DNA from: an uncultured Clostridia bacterium
Lineage (GTDB): Bacteria; Acidobacteriota; Blastocatellia; Chloracidobacteriales; JADJPF01
Assembly (NCBI GenBank): GCA_964492845.1
Contig: CAZBMZ010000001.1
Coordinates: 273,643-337,642 of the forward strand
DNA: 64,000 nt
Reading direction: 5' to 3'
In this document: positions 1 through 10,947 of the stretch, one piece after another
How positions within the stretch are numbered: the first letter of the stretch is position 1
Layout: the number at the start of each line of letters is the position of its first letter
Made by a program: the position numbers and the translations under genes
The notes under the pieces: generated by a model
Told to the model about the DNA's origin: nothing
The model's input: only the letters and a program-made list of their open reading frames with translations
Database searches by the model: none

Positions 1-1538
1 GTTATGTTTTAAGCAAAGCATTAGAACAAAACTTAAAACCTATTGTAGTAGTCAACAAAATTGATCGCCAAGATGCACGAGTTCAAGAAGTAGTTAATGA
101 AATTTATGATTTATTTATTGAACTAGATGCTAGCGATGATCAAATAGATTTTCCAATCATTTATGCTATTGCTCGGGATGGTATAGCAAAAAGAGCTTTA
201 GATGATGATAGTCAAACCTTACAACCTCTTTTTGAAGAAATTATACGCACTATTCCAGCACCGTCAGCTTGCGAATTAGATAATTTACAAATTTTAGTAA
301 CAAATATTGATTATGATGAATATGTTGGACGCCTTGCTATTGGGCGAATTTATGGTGGGACAATTAGCGTTAATGACATAGTTTCTTTATGTAAGCTGGA
401 AGGACAGATACAAAAAACCAAAATTACCCAACTTTATACCTTTGAAGGCTTAAAACGATTGTCAATACAAACAGCTAAGGCTGGCGATATTATTGCTTTA
501 GCTGGACTTGAAGGAATAGAAATAGGTGAAACTATTTCTAGTGAATTAAGTCCTGTAGCACTACCTAAAATTCAAATTGATGAACCTACAATTTCAATGA
601 TTTTTAGTGTTAATAATTCTCCTTTTTCCGGTCGAGATGGAAAATATGTAACTTCTCGTAAACTACGTGAAAGACTGCAAAAAGAGTTACTTGGTAATGT
701 TTCTATTAGGGTAGAAGATGCTGACTCTCAAGCAGGAGTTAATCAAACTACTTCAGATAGCGGGGTTGGTAGTTTTAAGGTTAGTGGACGTGGAGAATTA
801 CAATTAAGTATTTTACTAGAGCAAATGCGCCGAGAAAGCTATGAAGTCCAAGTGTCTAAACCAACAGTTATTACTAGAAGAATAGATGGACAACTGCATG
901 AGCCTATAGAATTAGCTGTAATTGACATTCCAGAGCAATTTATTGGTGTGGTAACAGAGGCTTTTGGACAACGAAAAGGGCAAATGATAAAAATGGTTAA
1001 TCATGGCACGGGAAGAGTTCGACTAGAATTTGAAATTCCTTCTCGTGGTTTAATTGGTTTTCGAGGTCAATTTTTAACAGACACTCGTGGCACAGGTATT
1101 ATGAATACTTTGTTTTTGCGTTGGTCACCTTGGACAGGAGATATTAAATCCCGGCTAACAGGATCACTTGTTGCAGACCGTGAAGGTATGACAACTGCCT
1201 ATGCACTCTATAATTTACAAGAACGTGGTCAACTTCTTGTTGGCGCAGGTGTTCCAGTTTATGAAGGTATGATTATAGGTGAAAATGCTAAAGCTGTAGA
1301 CTTAGACGTTAATGCAATTAAAGATAAAAAATTAACTAATATGCGTGCTTCTACAGCAGATGAAGCCATTCGCTTAGTACCTGTTAAACAGCTTACTTTA
1401 GAAGATGCTTTAGCTCATATCAAAGATGATGAACTTGTAGAAATTACACCTACTTCAATTAGATTACGTAAAAGAATTTTAGCTTCTAATATGAGAAAAG
1501 TTAAATCAAATCTTGTTGATCAAAATCAAGACGAGTAA
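1..1538 (+). CDS. typA: Translational GTPase TypA/BipA, 5'-truncated by window edge
   Basis: Frame open from nt 3 ([23 protein letters not shown]4 NKxD); [34 protein letters not shown] motifs. Confidence 0.96.
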   Translation, partial: YVLSKALEQNLKPIVVVNKIDRQDARVQEVVNEIYDLFIELDASDDQIDFPIIYAIARDGIAKRALDDDSQTLQPLFEEIIRTIPAPSACELDNLQILVTNIDYDEYVGRLAIGRIYGGTISVNDIVSLCKLEGQIQKTKITQLYTFEGLKRLSIQTAKAGDIIALAGLEGIEIGETISSELSPVALPKIQIDEPTISMIFSVNNSPFSGRDGKYVTSRKLRERLQKELLGNVSIRVEDADSQAGVNQTTSDSGVGSFKVSGRGELQLSILLEQMRRESYEVQVSKPTVITRRIDGQLHEPIELAVIDIPEQFIGVVTEAFGQRKGQMIKMVNHGTGRVRLEFEIPSRGLIGFRGQFLTDTRGTGIMNTLFLRWSPWTGDIKSRLTGSLVADREGMTTAYALYNLQERGQLLVGAGVPVYEGMIIGENAKAVDLDVNAIKDKKLTNMRASTADEAIRLVPVKQLTLEDALAHIKDDELVEITPTSIRLRKRILASNMRKVKSNLVDQNQDE

Positions 1539-1936
1539 TGATTTTTACAGTTGGACATGGACGACAAACTATAGAAACTTTCTTGGCATTGCTTAAAACA
1601 AACAATATTCAAATATTGGCAGATGTCAGAGCAGTGCCAAGATCACGTTGGCCGCAATTTAACCAAAAAGCTTTAATTGCTGCTTTAGGAGCAGAAAAAA
1701 TACTTTATATTCATTTTCCTGAACTAGGTTGGAAAATCCAAGCACCAAAAGAAGATTTTGAACGCGGATTACAAGAAATTGTTAAATTAAGCGAAAATCA
1801 AAATATATGTTTAATGTGTGCTGAAAGTTTACCTACGAAATGTCACCGTAAACTAGTTCTTACCCCTCCTTTACTTGCTCAAGGGTTATCAATAGTAGAT
1901 ATTTACCCAAATGGAGAGCTAAAAATTGCTAGTTAG
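1538..1936 (+). CDS. DUF488 family protein
   Basis: IFTVGHG..., DVRAVPRSRWPQFN, CLMCAE..P.KCHR motifs; start overlaps typA stop. Confidence 0.85.
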   Translation: MIFTVGHGRQTIETFLALLKTNNIQILADVRAVPRSRWPQFNQKALIAALGAEKILYIHFPELGWKIQAPKEDFERGLQEIVKLSENQNICLMCAESLPTKCHRKLVLTPPLLAQGLSIVDIYPNGELKIAS

Positions 1937-1943
1937 AGTTTAG

Positions 1944-3464
1944 CTAAAATTTTGAGGCAGTTTTTTCTAAACGAAAGATAATATTACGGATATTGTCAAC
2001 CGCATACTTTAATTCTGTTAAAAAAACCATATCAATAGGCTTTTTAGTTTCTAGATCTGACGCAATTATTTGCATCAAAATAGGAGTTTCTTTAATTAAA
2101 TGTAGAAGTTGTTCATAGAGTCCTTCTATTACAGCAGGATCTTCTATTCTAATTGCGTTAAAAGTAGGGTTTTCTTCGGTAAACTCATCATCAGCATTTC
2201 TAATGTTTTTTACTACTGTAAGTTCATTACTAGTTAAAGAAAGATAAGTGTTTACTGTACGATTTTGATTAAAGTAGGTTGTTTGGTTTGAAGTTTGTTC
2301 GGTTAAGTTATTTTCTGGATTTGCTACTAAGGGTTTAGTATTACGTCTTCTTTCGGGAGCAAAGGATTTTTCTAAAAACCTTTCTTTGGATTTGTCCCTT
2401 GGATCTATTTGATCAAAACGAGAGTTACCAGAAGTAAGATTAGTAAGTAAAAGTGCTGCCTCTAAGTCTTCATCACTAGCATTAAGAAAAACTGATTGAA
2501 ATTCTTTTTCTGATACCATTTTGACTACACTTTGGAGTTCTTGAGCAAATGCCATCACAGAGGGAGGACGGTTTTCTGCTTTTTTCTCCATAGCTTTCAT
2601 TACAACAGCATTAACAATATGAGGCACATTAGGGTTTATTTCATAAGTAGGTCTAGCTTTTTCACGTGCTTGTTTTACTGCCACAATAGAAAGTGAACGA
2701 TCATCAAAAGGGAGTTGCCCAGTTAACATTTCATAGACCATTATTCCTAAAGCATAAACATCTGATCTAGCATCAACATCACGACCATAACATTGTTCTG
2801 GTGACATATAATGAGGTGTACCTATTAGGATACCTTCTTGGGTAAGTCGCATTGCGCGTTTTTGTTGATCTTCAGTAACGCTTGTCATACGAGCAATGCC
2901 AAAATCTAAGACTTTTACTACTTCCTCATTTCCTTTGCTACGGTCAAGAAAAATATTTTCTGGTTTTAAGTCTCGGTGAACAATGCCAACTTTATGAGCA
3001 ACATTTACTGCTTCACAGATTGGTTGCATTAAGGCATTAGCTTCTTGAATAGTAAAAATAGGTTTTTGTTCTAGTCGATCTCTTAAAGTTATTCCTACTA
3101 AGTATTCCATTACTACATAAACTAAATTGTCTGGAGTCGTGCCAAAGTCCATAACAGCAATAGCATTAGGATGGCGTATTTGCATAGAAGCATAGGCTTC
3201 ACGGCGGAAACGTTCTATTGCAACAGGATCATCAGTAAATTTATTATGTAAAATCTTTATAGCGCAAGTCATATCTAATTTAACATGACGTGATTGATAA
3301 ACAGTGCCTGTTCCACCTTCTCCAACTTCAGTTTCGATTAGGTATTTATTATCAATAATACGACCTAAAACAGCTTCTTTGGGATCGCTTATTAATTTAC
3401 GCCCATGAATTGGACAGAAGACAGTTTTTTTATCATAGGATTTATTGCACTGTGTACAAAACAT
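1944..3464 (-). CDS. Ser/Thr protein kinase with N-terminal Zn-ribbon and C-terminal helical region
   Basis: CxxC..CPxH; GEGGTG, AIK, HRDLKPEN, DFG, GTPHYMSPE. Confidence 0.92.
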   Translation of the reverse strand: MFCTQCNKSYDKKTVFCPIHGRKLISDPKEAVLGRIIDNKYLIETEVGEGGTGTVYQSRHVKLDMTCAIKILHNKFTDDPVAIERFRREAYASMQIRHPNAIAVMDFGTTPDNLVYVVMEYLVGITLRDRLEQKPIFTIQEANALMQPICEAVNVAHKVGIVHRDLKPENIFLDRSKGNEEVVKVLDFGIARMTSVTEDQQKRAMRLTQEGILIGTPHYMSPEQCYGRDVDARSDVYALGIMVYEMLTGQLPFDDRSLSIVAVKQAREKARPTYEINPNVPHIVNAVVMKAMEKKAENRPPSVMAFAQELQSVVKMVSEKEFQSVFLNASDEDLEAALLLTNLTSGNSRFDQIDPRDKSKERFLEKSFAPERRRNTKPLVANPENNLTEQTSNQTTYFNQNRTVNTYLSLTSNELTVVKNIRNADDEFTEENPTFNAIRIEDPAVIEGLYEQLLHLIKETPILMQIIASDLETKKPIDMVFLTELKYAVDNIRNIIFRLEKTASKF

Positions 3465-3642
3465 CTATTTGCCTCAGACATTAGTTTGTTTGGGCTATTA
3501 TCAATCTATTAAGTTTAGCTTGCAAGCCTTTTACAGATTAACTAATTTCCACCAAAAAGAGAAAACAAATTTTCTTTTAATTTCGGTATTAAATCAGACA
3601 AAAATTTTCTCGTCTGCTACTATTAATTTTGAGGAAAACGCT

Positions 3643-4122
3643 ATGAAATTACTAGGAAAACTCTTTTTGCTTTTTACTATAATTACAGCAGTTGAAACAT
3701 ATTTGCTAGTCTTACTAACACAGTACACAAATATTTGGGCAACCATTGCAATGATCATAGTACCTGGAATGCTAGGGGCATACTTAGCTAAAAGGGAAGG
3801 TCGTCAAGCAATTAGTAGGATAAAAGCAGCACTACGGCTTGAACAAGAACCAACTACAGCCGTTTTAGATGGGGCATTATTGTTAGTAGCAGCAGCGTTT
3901 TTGATCACACCTGGAGTATTAAGTGATCTAACAGGTTTATTATTAATGATTCCTGCTGTGCGTCGTCCAGTTCGGGAATATATCAAAAACCGTGTTAAAA
4001 AAATGGTTGAAAGTCAAATTAGTGGCGGGGCGATGAAAGTTTTTTCGCTACCTTTTGGAATGAATGCAAGTAATTTTTCACGTCGTGATGAGAATGTAAT
4101 TGATATTAAAGTTGAAAAGTAG
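3643..4122 (+). CDS. fxsA: FxsA family membrane protein
   Basis: DGALLLVAAAFLITPGVLSDLTGLLLMIP motif; start moved to ATG 3643 after GAGG. Confidence 0.88.
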   Translation: MKLLGKLFLLFTIITAVETYLLVLLTQYTNIWATIAMIIVPGMLGAYLAKREGRQAISRIKAALRLEQEPTTAVLDGALLLVAAAFLITPGVLSDLTGLLLMIPAVRRPVREYIKNRVKKMVESQISGGAMKVFSLPFGMNASNFSRRDENVIDIKVEK

Positions 4123-4152
4123 TCTAAAAATAAAATCTTTGAGGTATAAATA

Positions 4153-4353
4153 ATGACACGAATTAATGGTGTTGATGATCAGAATAAAAATGAGCTAGCA
4201 GAAAGAATTTTAACAGATGTTTTTCAATCATTAGCTGAATATTCCTTTGTTCATACTCCAGAGCAACTACAACAACTAGTTTCTGACCCAGAAACAGACC
4301 CTATTTTTTTACAAGAAGTTAAAGATGATATTTTGGAGATTTTAGGTAAATGA
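4153..4353 (+). CDS. Small acidic hypothetical protein
   Basis: 66-aa ORF with GAGG SD; stop overlaps next ATG (ATGA). Confidence 0.55.
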   Translation: MTRINGVDDQNKNELAERILTDVFQSLAEYSFVHTPEQLQQLVSDPETDPIFLQEVKDDILEILGK

Positions 4354-6323
4354 GAAAATTTATTTTATCTTTATGAGTGATATTTTTTTTAAGTGGTAAT
4401 TTACTTGCACAAGAAAATCTTTCTGAAACAGCTAAACAAGGTAGAAAACAAATAGGCAATTTAGTTTTAGAAAGCATTCCAGAAATTTCTCAACCTGTAT
4501 TTGAACGTACAGCACAGTATCAAAATGTTAGATCCGCTGCTTTTATAGGCTGGCACCCTGTAACTAAAGGCATTTTAGTTTCTACAAGATTTGGGGATTC
4601 CTCCCAACTACATTATATTGCTAGCCCAAATTCTTACCGTAAACAATTAACTTTTTTTCGTGAACCAATAGCCAATGCTTCTTATGGCCCAAGCAAAGAG
4701 CGTAAAGGCTTTGTTTTTGCTATGGACAGAGGCGGAGGAGAATTTTTTCAATTTTACTGGTTTGATGAAGAAAGCGGGCGACATACTTTATTAACAGATG
4801 GAAAATCTCGTAATGAGTCTTTTGTTTGGTCAAATAAAGGCGATAGGGCTGCATTTGTTAGCACTAAACGCAATAACCGAGATTTTGATATTTATTTGAT
4901 GGAAGGAAAAGACTTAAAAACTTTTAAGTTAATAAAAGAAGTTGTTGGACAATGGAATGTTCAAGATTGGTCAGCAGATGACAGAAAATTATTAATTAAC
5001 AATTATATTTCTGCTAATGAAAGCTATTTATTTGTCTTAGATGTTGATACAGGTGAGTTAAAAGAAATTAACCCAACCCAAAAAACTAAAAAGATTTCTT
5101 ACCAAGATGCCCAATTTTCTGCTGATGGTAAAGGTGTTTACTACGCTTCAGATGAAGGAAGCGAATTTTTACAACTTACTTACTATGATTTAGCTACAAA
5201 TAAAAAACAGCTTCTTTTGCCAAATTTAAATTGGAATATTGAAAATATTGCTGTGTCGGATAATGGACAATGGCTTGCATATGCTGTCAATGAAGGTGGG
5301 ATTAGCAAACTTTACCTAGCAAATACAGCAAATCTTTCTAATCCACAAAACATAGCGTTAGAAAAAGGTGTAATTGGACGGCTAGATTTTGATCCAACTA
5401 GTACACAACTAGGATTTAGTTTTAGTTCGGCTCAAACACCAGGCGATGTCTTTTCTTATGACTTAAGTAGTAAAACTGTTATTCGCTGGACAACTAGCGA
5501 AGTAGGAGGATTAAATCCAGAGAGTTTTGCTAGCCCTGAATTAATTGAATATCCAACCTTTGATAATGTAGATGGAAAAACTAGGTTAATTCCAGCCTTT
5601 TATTACAAACCAAAAACAAATAAAAAATCTTTACCAGTAATTATTAGTATTCATGGAGGCCCTGAAGGTCAATCACGTCCATCATTTAATGCAACTATTA
5701 ATTATTGGGTAAATGAACTAGGTGCAGCCGTTTTAGTTCCAAATGTTCGTGGTTCAAGTGGTTATGGAAAGACTTATTTAGAGCTAGATAACGGTTTTAA
5801 GCGGGAGGATTCTGTAAAAGATATTGGTAAATTGTTGGATTGGATTGCTACACGTTCAGAACTTGACCCTAGCCGTGTTGCTGTAATTGGTGGTTCTTAT
5901 GGTGGTTATATGTCTTTGGCTTGTATGACACATTTTAATGCTCGCTTAAAATGTGCTGTTGATATTGTAGGAATAAGCAATTTTGTTACTTTCCTAGAAA
6001 GCACTCAAGAATATCGTCGAGACTTACGCCGTCCAGAATATGGAGATGAACGCGATCCTAAAATGAAAGAATTTTTGCTAAATATTTCTCCTACAAGCAA
6101 TGCTAGTAAAATTACTAAACCGCTTTTTGTTGTGCAAGGAAAAAATGATCCTCGTGTACCGCTAAGCGAAGCAGAGCAAATGGTAAAAACAGTAAAAAAT
6201 AATGGTGGTATAGTCTGGTATTTGCTAGCAAATGATGAAGGACATGGATTTCGTAAAAAAGTTAACCAAGAGTTCTATTTAAGTGCATTAAGTGTATTTT
6301 TTGAAGAACATTTACTAAAATAG
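4350..6323 (+). CDS. S9 family (prolyl oligopeptidase/acylaminoacyl) peptidase; in-frame TGA at 4374-4376 in the signal peptide
   Basis: Beta-propeller; HGGP, GGSYGG (nucleophile Ser), NDPRV, EGHGF; long ORF resumes at GTG 4377. Confidence 0.9.
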
Positions 6324-6346
6324 AGAAATTTTCAATTAAAAATAAT

Positions 6347-6385
6347 AAGGCCACTATCAAATTATTGCTTTTGATAGTGGCTTTT
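6347..6385. terminator. Intrinsic terminator between convergent genes
   Basis: GCCACTATCAAA/TTTGATAGTGGC stem followed by T-run. Confidence 0.7.
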
Positions 6386-6443
6386 GTATTTGTGAGAGAT
6401 TTAAGATCACACAATTGAAAACAGCAAAAAAACATGAAAAAAA

Positions 6444-7016
6444 CTAAGGTCGGAAAGTTGCTAATAAAAAGTCTGTTCCGGCTCGGTGGCAATTAGAACA
6501 AAGCCTAAGTCCTTGACCATAAAAAGCACCATTGGCAGAACCGCTAAAAGTTTCAAAGAAAACCCAACCATTTCCATCATTACCACTTTGCTCTTCTACT
6601 TTAATCATCACAGCATAACCGCTTACTTGTGTTGTACTACCTAAGTAAAGCTCTTTAACCATTGAAGCCCCAATATCCCAAGTATTTTTACCTGCTCGTA
6701 AATTTTCTACTAAAATTGGATTGTAGAAAGTGCGAACGTTTCCACCGTGTGGGCCAGTTGAAGGATGAACAGTTGGTTCAGCTAAAAATTGCTCTTTATA
6801 TCGGCCAGCTTTTAACCAAGCTAACATTTTTTTCTTCTTTATAGGTGGAATCATATTTTGACGAGCAGCTTTTGAGTTAAGGAGTTGTTCTAAATTTTCT
6901 AAATTAGCAATAAACTCGTCATTTTGAGCATTAACTGTATTATTTGTAGTAGTAAAACTTATCGATAAGAAAAGAGTTAATAAGCAAGTAATAATAGCAA
7001 TTTTATATTTTTTCAT
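6444..7016 (-). CDS. Exported c-type cytochrome, cytochrome P460-like fold
   Basis: Signal peptide; GASMVKEL, AVMIK, GWVF and a single C-terminal CSNCH. Confidence 0.65.
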   Translation of the reverse strand: MKKYKIAIITCLLTLFLSISFTTTNNTVNAQNDEFIANLENLEQLLNSKAARQNMIPPIKKKKMLAWLKAGRYKEQFLAEPTVHPSTGPHGGNVRTFYNPILVENLRAGKNTWDIGASMVKELYLGSTTQVSGYAVMIKVEEQSGNDGNGWVFFETFSGSANGAFYGQGLRLCSNCHRAGTDFLLATFRP

Positions 7017-7139
7017 CTTTTTATTCCTAAAAATTAAGTGGGTCTATTCTACTAATTCTCTTTGCAAAGTTTAAAGCCAGAGATAACAACTTTTATTCCC
7101 AAAATAAAAACTTTTCCTAAAAATTTCTGGAAAAATTTT

Positions 7140-7179
7140 GATAGAAAAAATTTTTTCCTATCGCTATGTATTAGTGAAA
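7140..7179 (+). promoter_or_regulatory. Shared upstream motif copy 1 (GATAG-N16-TCGC), putative ECF promoter
   Basis: GATAGAAAAAATTTTTTCCTATCGCTATGTATTAGTGAAA; also found at 9085 and 11434. Confidence 0.55.
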
Positions 7180-7217
7180 GTAAAACACAAGTTAATTATA
7201 CGAAAGGCAGTTAGATT

Positions 7218-8969
7218 ATGAAAAACTATCAAGATTTATTAAATAAATTTTATTCACTAACATTTTCACTACAACTAAGAAGCATATTTATAAAAATAGT
7301 AGCATTTGCATTATTTATTGCTACATTTTTAATCAATATGGCTTGGTTTGACTCTACAGAAACAAACTTTTTTTCTCGTGCAGTAGGTACAATTGCTTCA
7401 ACTTTAGCTGTTCCTGCACTTTTTATGATTATTGCTAGCCCACTTACTAACATGACTATTGCTTCTTTATATCTTAAAACTCGACAAGCTAAAAATAGTA
7501 ATTATGGACATACAGGCTCATCTGAAGAAGCAATCCTTTCCGAGCGTATGAAGTTTACTCCTTTTCGTAAAGCCTTGACTGCTGGCGCGTTAGCCCTTTC
7601 TATTTTGGCTGGTAGTCTTTCTTATATTGCTATGGTTCCTCCAACGGCAACAGCAACAATAGTTCGTCCAGCTATTGAAAAAGTAGCAGATTCAGAAAAT
7701 GCTTGGGGAGAATATAACTTAGCTATTCAAGATATGTTGGATTTCCCGCTTGCTGCTAGTAAAGTTCCTGATAAATCTGTACAAGAACTTATGAGTAATT
7801 TAACTATTCAACAAATGAAAGAACCTGGTTTTTCTAATTTAGAAAAAGTGGCTTTAGGTGAAGAAGAATTTAATGAGGCACAACTTGCTTATTTAGATAA
7901 ACATCAAGGTGCGATTAAACATTTAATTGCAGGTGCAAAGCTTTCTAAAGCGCAGTTTCATTCTGAAATACCTACTTTTGTTTCACCTGTTCCAAGCCTT
8001 TTACAGGTCAGAGGTCTAACACTTTTAGCAGCAGCGGAAACACGCCGCTTACTAGATCAAGGAAAAGCTCAAGAAGCAGTAGAGCTAGCCCTAGCTAATT
8101 ATGAAATGGCAACCGATATTGGAGCAGAAAGCAATAGCACTTTAATTTCTGCATTAATTTCTGTTGTATGTCGGGGAGTTTCTGCAAAATCTTTATTTAC
8201 TGTAATTTATTCTGAAAAGACAACAGCAGAAATGGATAAAGAAATTGCTAGATGTGTAGACGAACAAGATCGCCGTACGCCTAATGCTTATCAAACTCTT
8301 GTTTGGGAAACTCAAGCTATGAATATTTCTATGGAAGAAATTCTAGTAAAAAATAATGTTCTTAAATTTGCTAGTGAAGATAGTTATTTATATAGTACAG
8401 GTGCTGAACAATTATTTAAGGTATTTCCAGGACTTCGTATTAGAACCTTTAATAGTCTTTATGCTCTTAATCAAGAACATGTTAGCAAAGTACGAAAAGA
8501 CCTAGAAAACTGGGATTTTGTTTCTTCAAGAGAGGTTTATAAAAATTTATCAAATGTAGACTATAAAGATATTTTAAGGTTATCTCCTAGTGATATGATT
8601 GCTCGTAGTATGTTTTATGTTTCTATGCCAAATATTGCAGCCACAATGAGAAGCCTATATTTTGGTGGCTCATTTGGTGAAACGGTTACAATCTTTGCAG
8701 CCACCTCAGCTTATAAAAAAGAACATGGACAATTTCCTAACACTTTAGATTTAGCTTTGAAAAATACAGGTCTTGCTTCTCAAATTGATGTAGCTACTGG
8801 TAAAGAGATTGGCTATCGCTTAGAAAATAGTACCCCTATAGTATGGTTTGCTGGTGTTGATGGTAAAGATGACAACGGGCAAGTAGCTTATCCAGCGATT
8901 GAACGAGATCAAGCTATTGCAGGTAAAGATTTAGTCTATAGTTATGGCAAATTACCTCTTAGTAAGTAA
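7218..8969 (+). CDS. Membrane protein, kinase-less paralog 1 of the C-terminal half of kinase 11485-15051
   Basis: About 3 TM helices then extracytoplasmic domain (ENAW.EY.LA.QDML; AYKKEHGQFP; WFAGVDGKDDNG) collinear with kinase nt ~13310-15051. Confidence 0.85.
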   Translation: MKNYQDLLNKFYSLTFSLQLRSIFIKIVAFALFIATFLINMAWFDSTETNFFSRAVGTIASTLAVPALFMIIASPLTNMTIASLYLKTRQAKNSNYGHTGSSEEAILSERMKFTPFRKALTAGALALSILAGSLSYIAMVPPTATATIVRPAIEKVADSENAWGEYNLAIQDMLDFPLAASKVPDKSVQELMSNLTIQQMKEPGFSNLEKVALGEEEFNEAQLAYLDKHQGAIKHLIAGAKLSKAQFHSEIPTFVSPVPSLLQVRGLTLLAAAETRRLLDQGKAQEAVELALANYEMATDIGAESNSTLISALISVVCRGVSAKSLFTVIYSEKTTAEMDKEIARCVDEQDRRTPNAYQTLVWETQAMNISMEEILVKNNVLKFASEDSYLYSTGAEQLFKVFPGLRIRTFNSLYALNQEHVSKVRKDLENWDFVSSREVYKNLSNVDYKDILRLSPSDMIARSMFYVSMPNIAATMRSLYFGGSFGETVTIFAATSAYKKEHGQFPNTLDLALKNTGLASQIDVATGKEIGYRLENSTPIVWFAGVDGKDDNGQVAYPAIERDQAIAGKDLVYSYGKLPLSK

Positions 8970-9006
8970 CTTGTCTCTTTAGTCCAAAAACTTAAATTAA
9001 TAGAGG

Positions 9007-9033
9007 GTGTGGAAATGGTTTCCACACTTTTTT
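9007..9033 (+). terminator. Intrinsic terminator
   Basis: GTGTGGAAA-TGG-TTTCCACAC followed by T6. Confidence 0.8.
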
Positions 9034-9084
9034 GTTTTAATTAAAAAATTTCTGGAAAAATTTGGAAAATTTAGAAAAAAATTT

Positions 9085-9123
9085 GATAGAAAAATTTTTT
9101 CCTGTCGCCATGCATTAGTGAAA
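9085..9123 (+). promoter_or_regulatory. Shared upstream motif copy 2 (GATAG-N15-TCGC)
   Basis: GATAGAAAAATTTTTTCCTGTCGCCATGCATTAGTGAAA. Confidence 0.55.
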
Positions 9124-9153
9124 ATAAAATATAAATTAAAGGAGTTTTAGGTT

Positions 9154-10908
9154 ATGAAAAACTATCAAGATTTGGTAAACAAATTTTACTCGCTAACATT
9201 TTCACTACAATTAAGAAGCATATTTATAAAAATAGTAGCATTTGCATTATTTATTGCTACTTTTTTAATCAATGTGGCTTGGTTTGACTCTATAGGAACA
9301 AACTTTTTTTCTCGTGCAGTAAGTACAATAGCTTCCACTTTAATCATTCCTGCACTTTTTATGATTATTGCTAGTCCGCTTACTAGTATGGCAATTGCTT
9401 CTTTATATTTTAAGTCCCGACAAGCTAAAAATAGCAATTTTGGACATACAGGATCATCTGAAGAAGCAACACTTTCTGAGCGTATGAAGTTTACTCCTTT
9501 TCGTAAAGTGTTGACTGCTGGTGCTTTAGCCCTTTCCTTATTAGTTGGTAGCTTTTCATATATTGCTATGGTTCCTCCTTCAACAATAGCCTTCAAACCT
9601 ACACGCTTAACAATTGAAAAAGTAGAAGACTCAGAAAATGCTTGGATTGAATATAATTTAGCTATTCAAGATATGTTAGATTTCTCAATAGTTTCTAGTA
9701 AAACAACTGATAAACCTGTTCAAGAAATTATTAGAGAGTTATCTATTCAACAAATGAAGGATCCAGGTTATATGGGCTTAGACAAAGCAGCTTTAGGAGA
9801 AGAAAAATTTAATGAAAAACAACTTGCTTATTTAAACAAGCACCAAGGCGCAATTAAACACATAATAGCTGGTGCAAAGCTTTCTAAATCCCAGTTTACT
9901 AATGAAATGCCCTCTTTTACTACACGTGTTCCAAATTTATTACAAATGAGAGGATTAGCTAATCTTGCATCTGCTGAGGTACAACGTTTGATTTCTGAAG
10001 GTAAAACACAAGAGGCTGTAGAGCTAGCCTTAGCTAATTATGAAATGGCAACCGATATTGGGGCAGAACCTAACGCTTCTCTAATTGCTGGGTTGATTTC
10101 TGTTGTATGTCGTGGGATTGCTGCAAAATCATTATTTACTGTTATTTACTCTCAAGCTACAGATTCTAAGATGGATATAGAAATTGCTCGTCAAATTTCA
10201 GCCCAAGATCGTCGTATGCCAAACGCTTTTCAAGCTTTATCTATTGATTTACAAGCATCTCAAAACTCTTTTGAAGATATACTACTTAACAATAACCTTA
10301 CTAAATTTAATGACGGTATATCTCCTGTTCCAACTGCTGCTGAAAATTTAGCTAAATATTTTCCTGGTCTAAGAGTAAGAGTTTACAATAGCTTAATAGA
10401 CTTAACCCAAAATTGCTTAAAACAACTACAACCAGGTTTAGAAAACTGGGATTTTCAAGCTTTAGAAGAGTTTAACAAAAACATGGATTCTAAAATATTT
10501 CAAAATGTATATGATCCAGCTACCTACATTGCTGCTAACCTGGTCTATATTTCTCTTCCTAGTGGAGCAGCAACAATGAAAAGCTTTTATAACAGTAGCA
10601 ACATGGGGCAAGCACTTACTGCATTTGCTGCAATTTCAGCTTATAAAAAGAACCATAATCAATTTCCTGCTACTTTAGAAATGGCAATGTCTGAAGCTGG
10701 CCTTTCAACTCCTGTTGATCTTGCTACAGGAAAACAAATAGGCTACCGCTTAGAAAGTACTAATCCTATAGTTTGGTTTGCTGGTGTTGATGGTCAAGAT
10801 AATGGTGGACAAACTCCATATACTGTTGAAGAACGTGTTTCTTCTATCGCTGGTAAAGACTTAATCTTTAAGTATGGCGAAATTCCTTTCCATAAAAAAG
10901 GTCAATAA
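9154..10908 (+). CDS. Membrane protein, kinase-less paralog 2 of the C-terminal half of kinase 11485-15051
   Basis: First ~140 aa nearly identical to 7218-8969; same extracytoplasmic domain; GGAG SD. Confidence 0.85.
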   Translation: MKNYQDLVNKFYSLTFSLQLRSIFIKIVAFALFIATFLINVAWFDSIGTNFFSRAVSTIASTLIIPALFMIIASPLTSMAIASLYFKSRQAKNSNFGHTGSSEEATLSERMKFTPFRKVLTAGALALSLLVGSFSYIAMVPPSTIAFKPTRLTIEKVEDSENAWIEYNLAIQDMLDFSIVSSKTTDKPVQEIIRELSIQQMKDPGYMGLDKAALGEEKFNEKQLAYLNKHQGAIKHIIAGAKLSKSQFTNEMPSFTTRVPNLLQMRGLANLASAEVQRLISEGKTQEAVELALANYEMATDIGAEPNASLIAGLISVVCRGIAAKSLFTVIYSQATDSKMDIEIARQISAQDRRMPNAFQALSIDLQASQNSFEDILLNNNLTKFNDGISPVPTAAENLAKYFPGLRVRVYNSLIDLTQNCLKQLQPGLENWDFQALEEFNKNMDSKIFQNVYDPATYIAANLVYISLPSGAATMKSFYNSSNMGQALTAFAAISAYKKNHNQFPATLEMAMSEAGLSTPVDLATGKQIGYRLESTNPIVWFAGVDGQDNGGQTPYTVEERVSSIAGKDLIFKYGEIPFHKKGQ

Positions 10909-10947
10909 TTGAGGTAATTGTTAAAAAACTCCTTTAATTCTTTTGAA

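Noticed and set aside
715-775. Low-complexity insertion in TypA ([18 protein letters not shown])
   Set aside because: Short loop insertion with no intein or mobile-element signature
3445-3642. N-terminal extensions in the ORF track (fxsA; also 11452, 26644, 39518, 49651, 50818, 54828)
   Set aside because: Downstream starts have better SD sequences or family-consistent N-termini
4374-4376. Selenocysteine or genetic code 4/25 recoding
   Set aside because: Position is in a signal peptide, no obvious SECIS hairpin follows, and TGA is a normal stop elsewhere (e.g. 4351-4353, 44928-44930)
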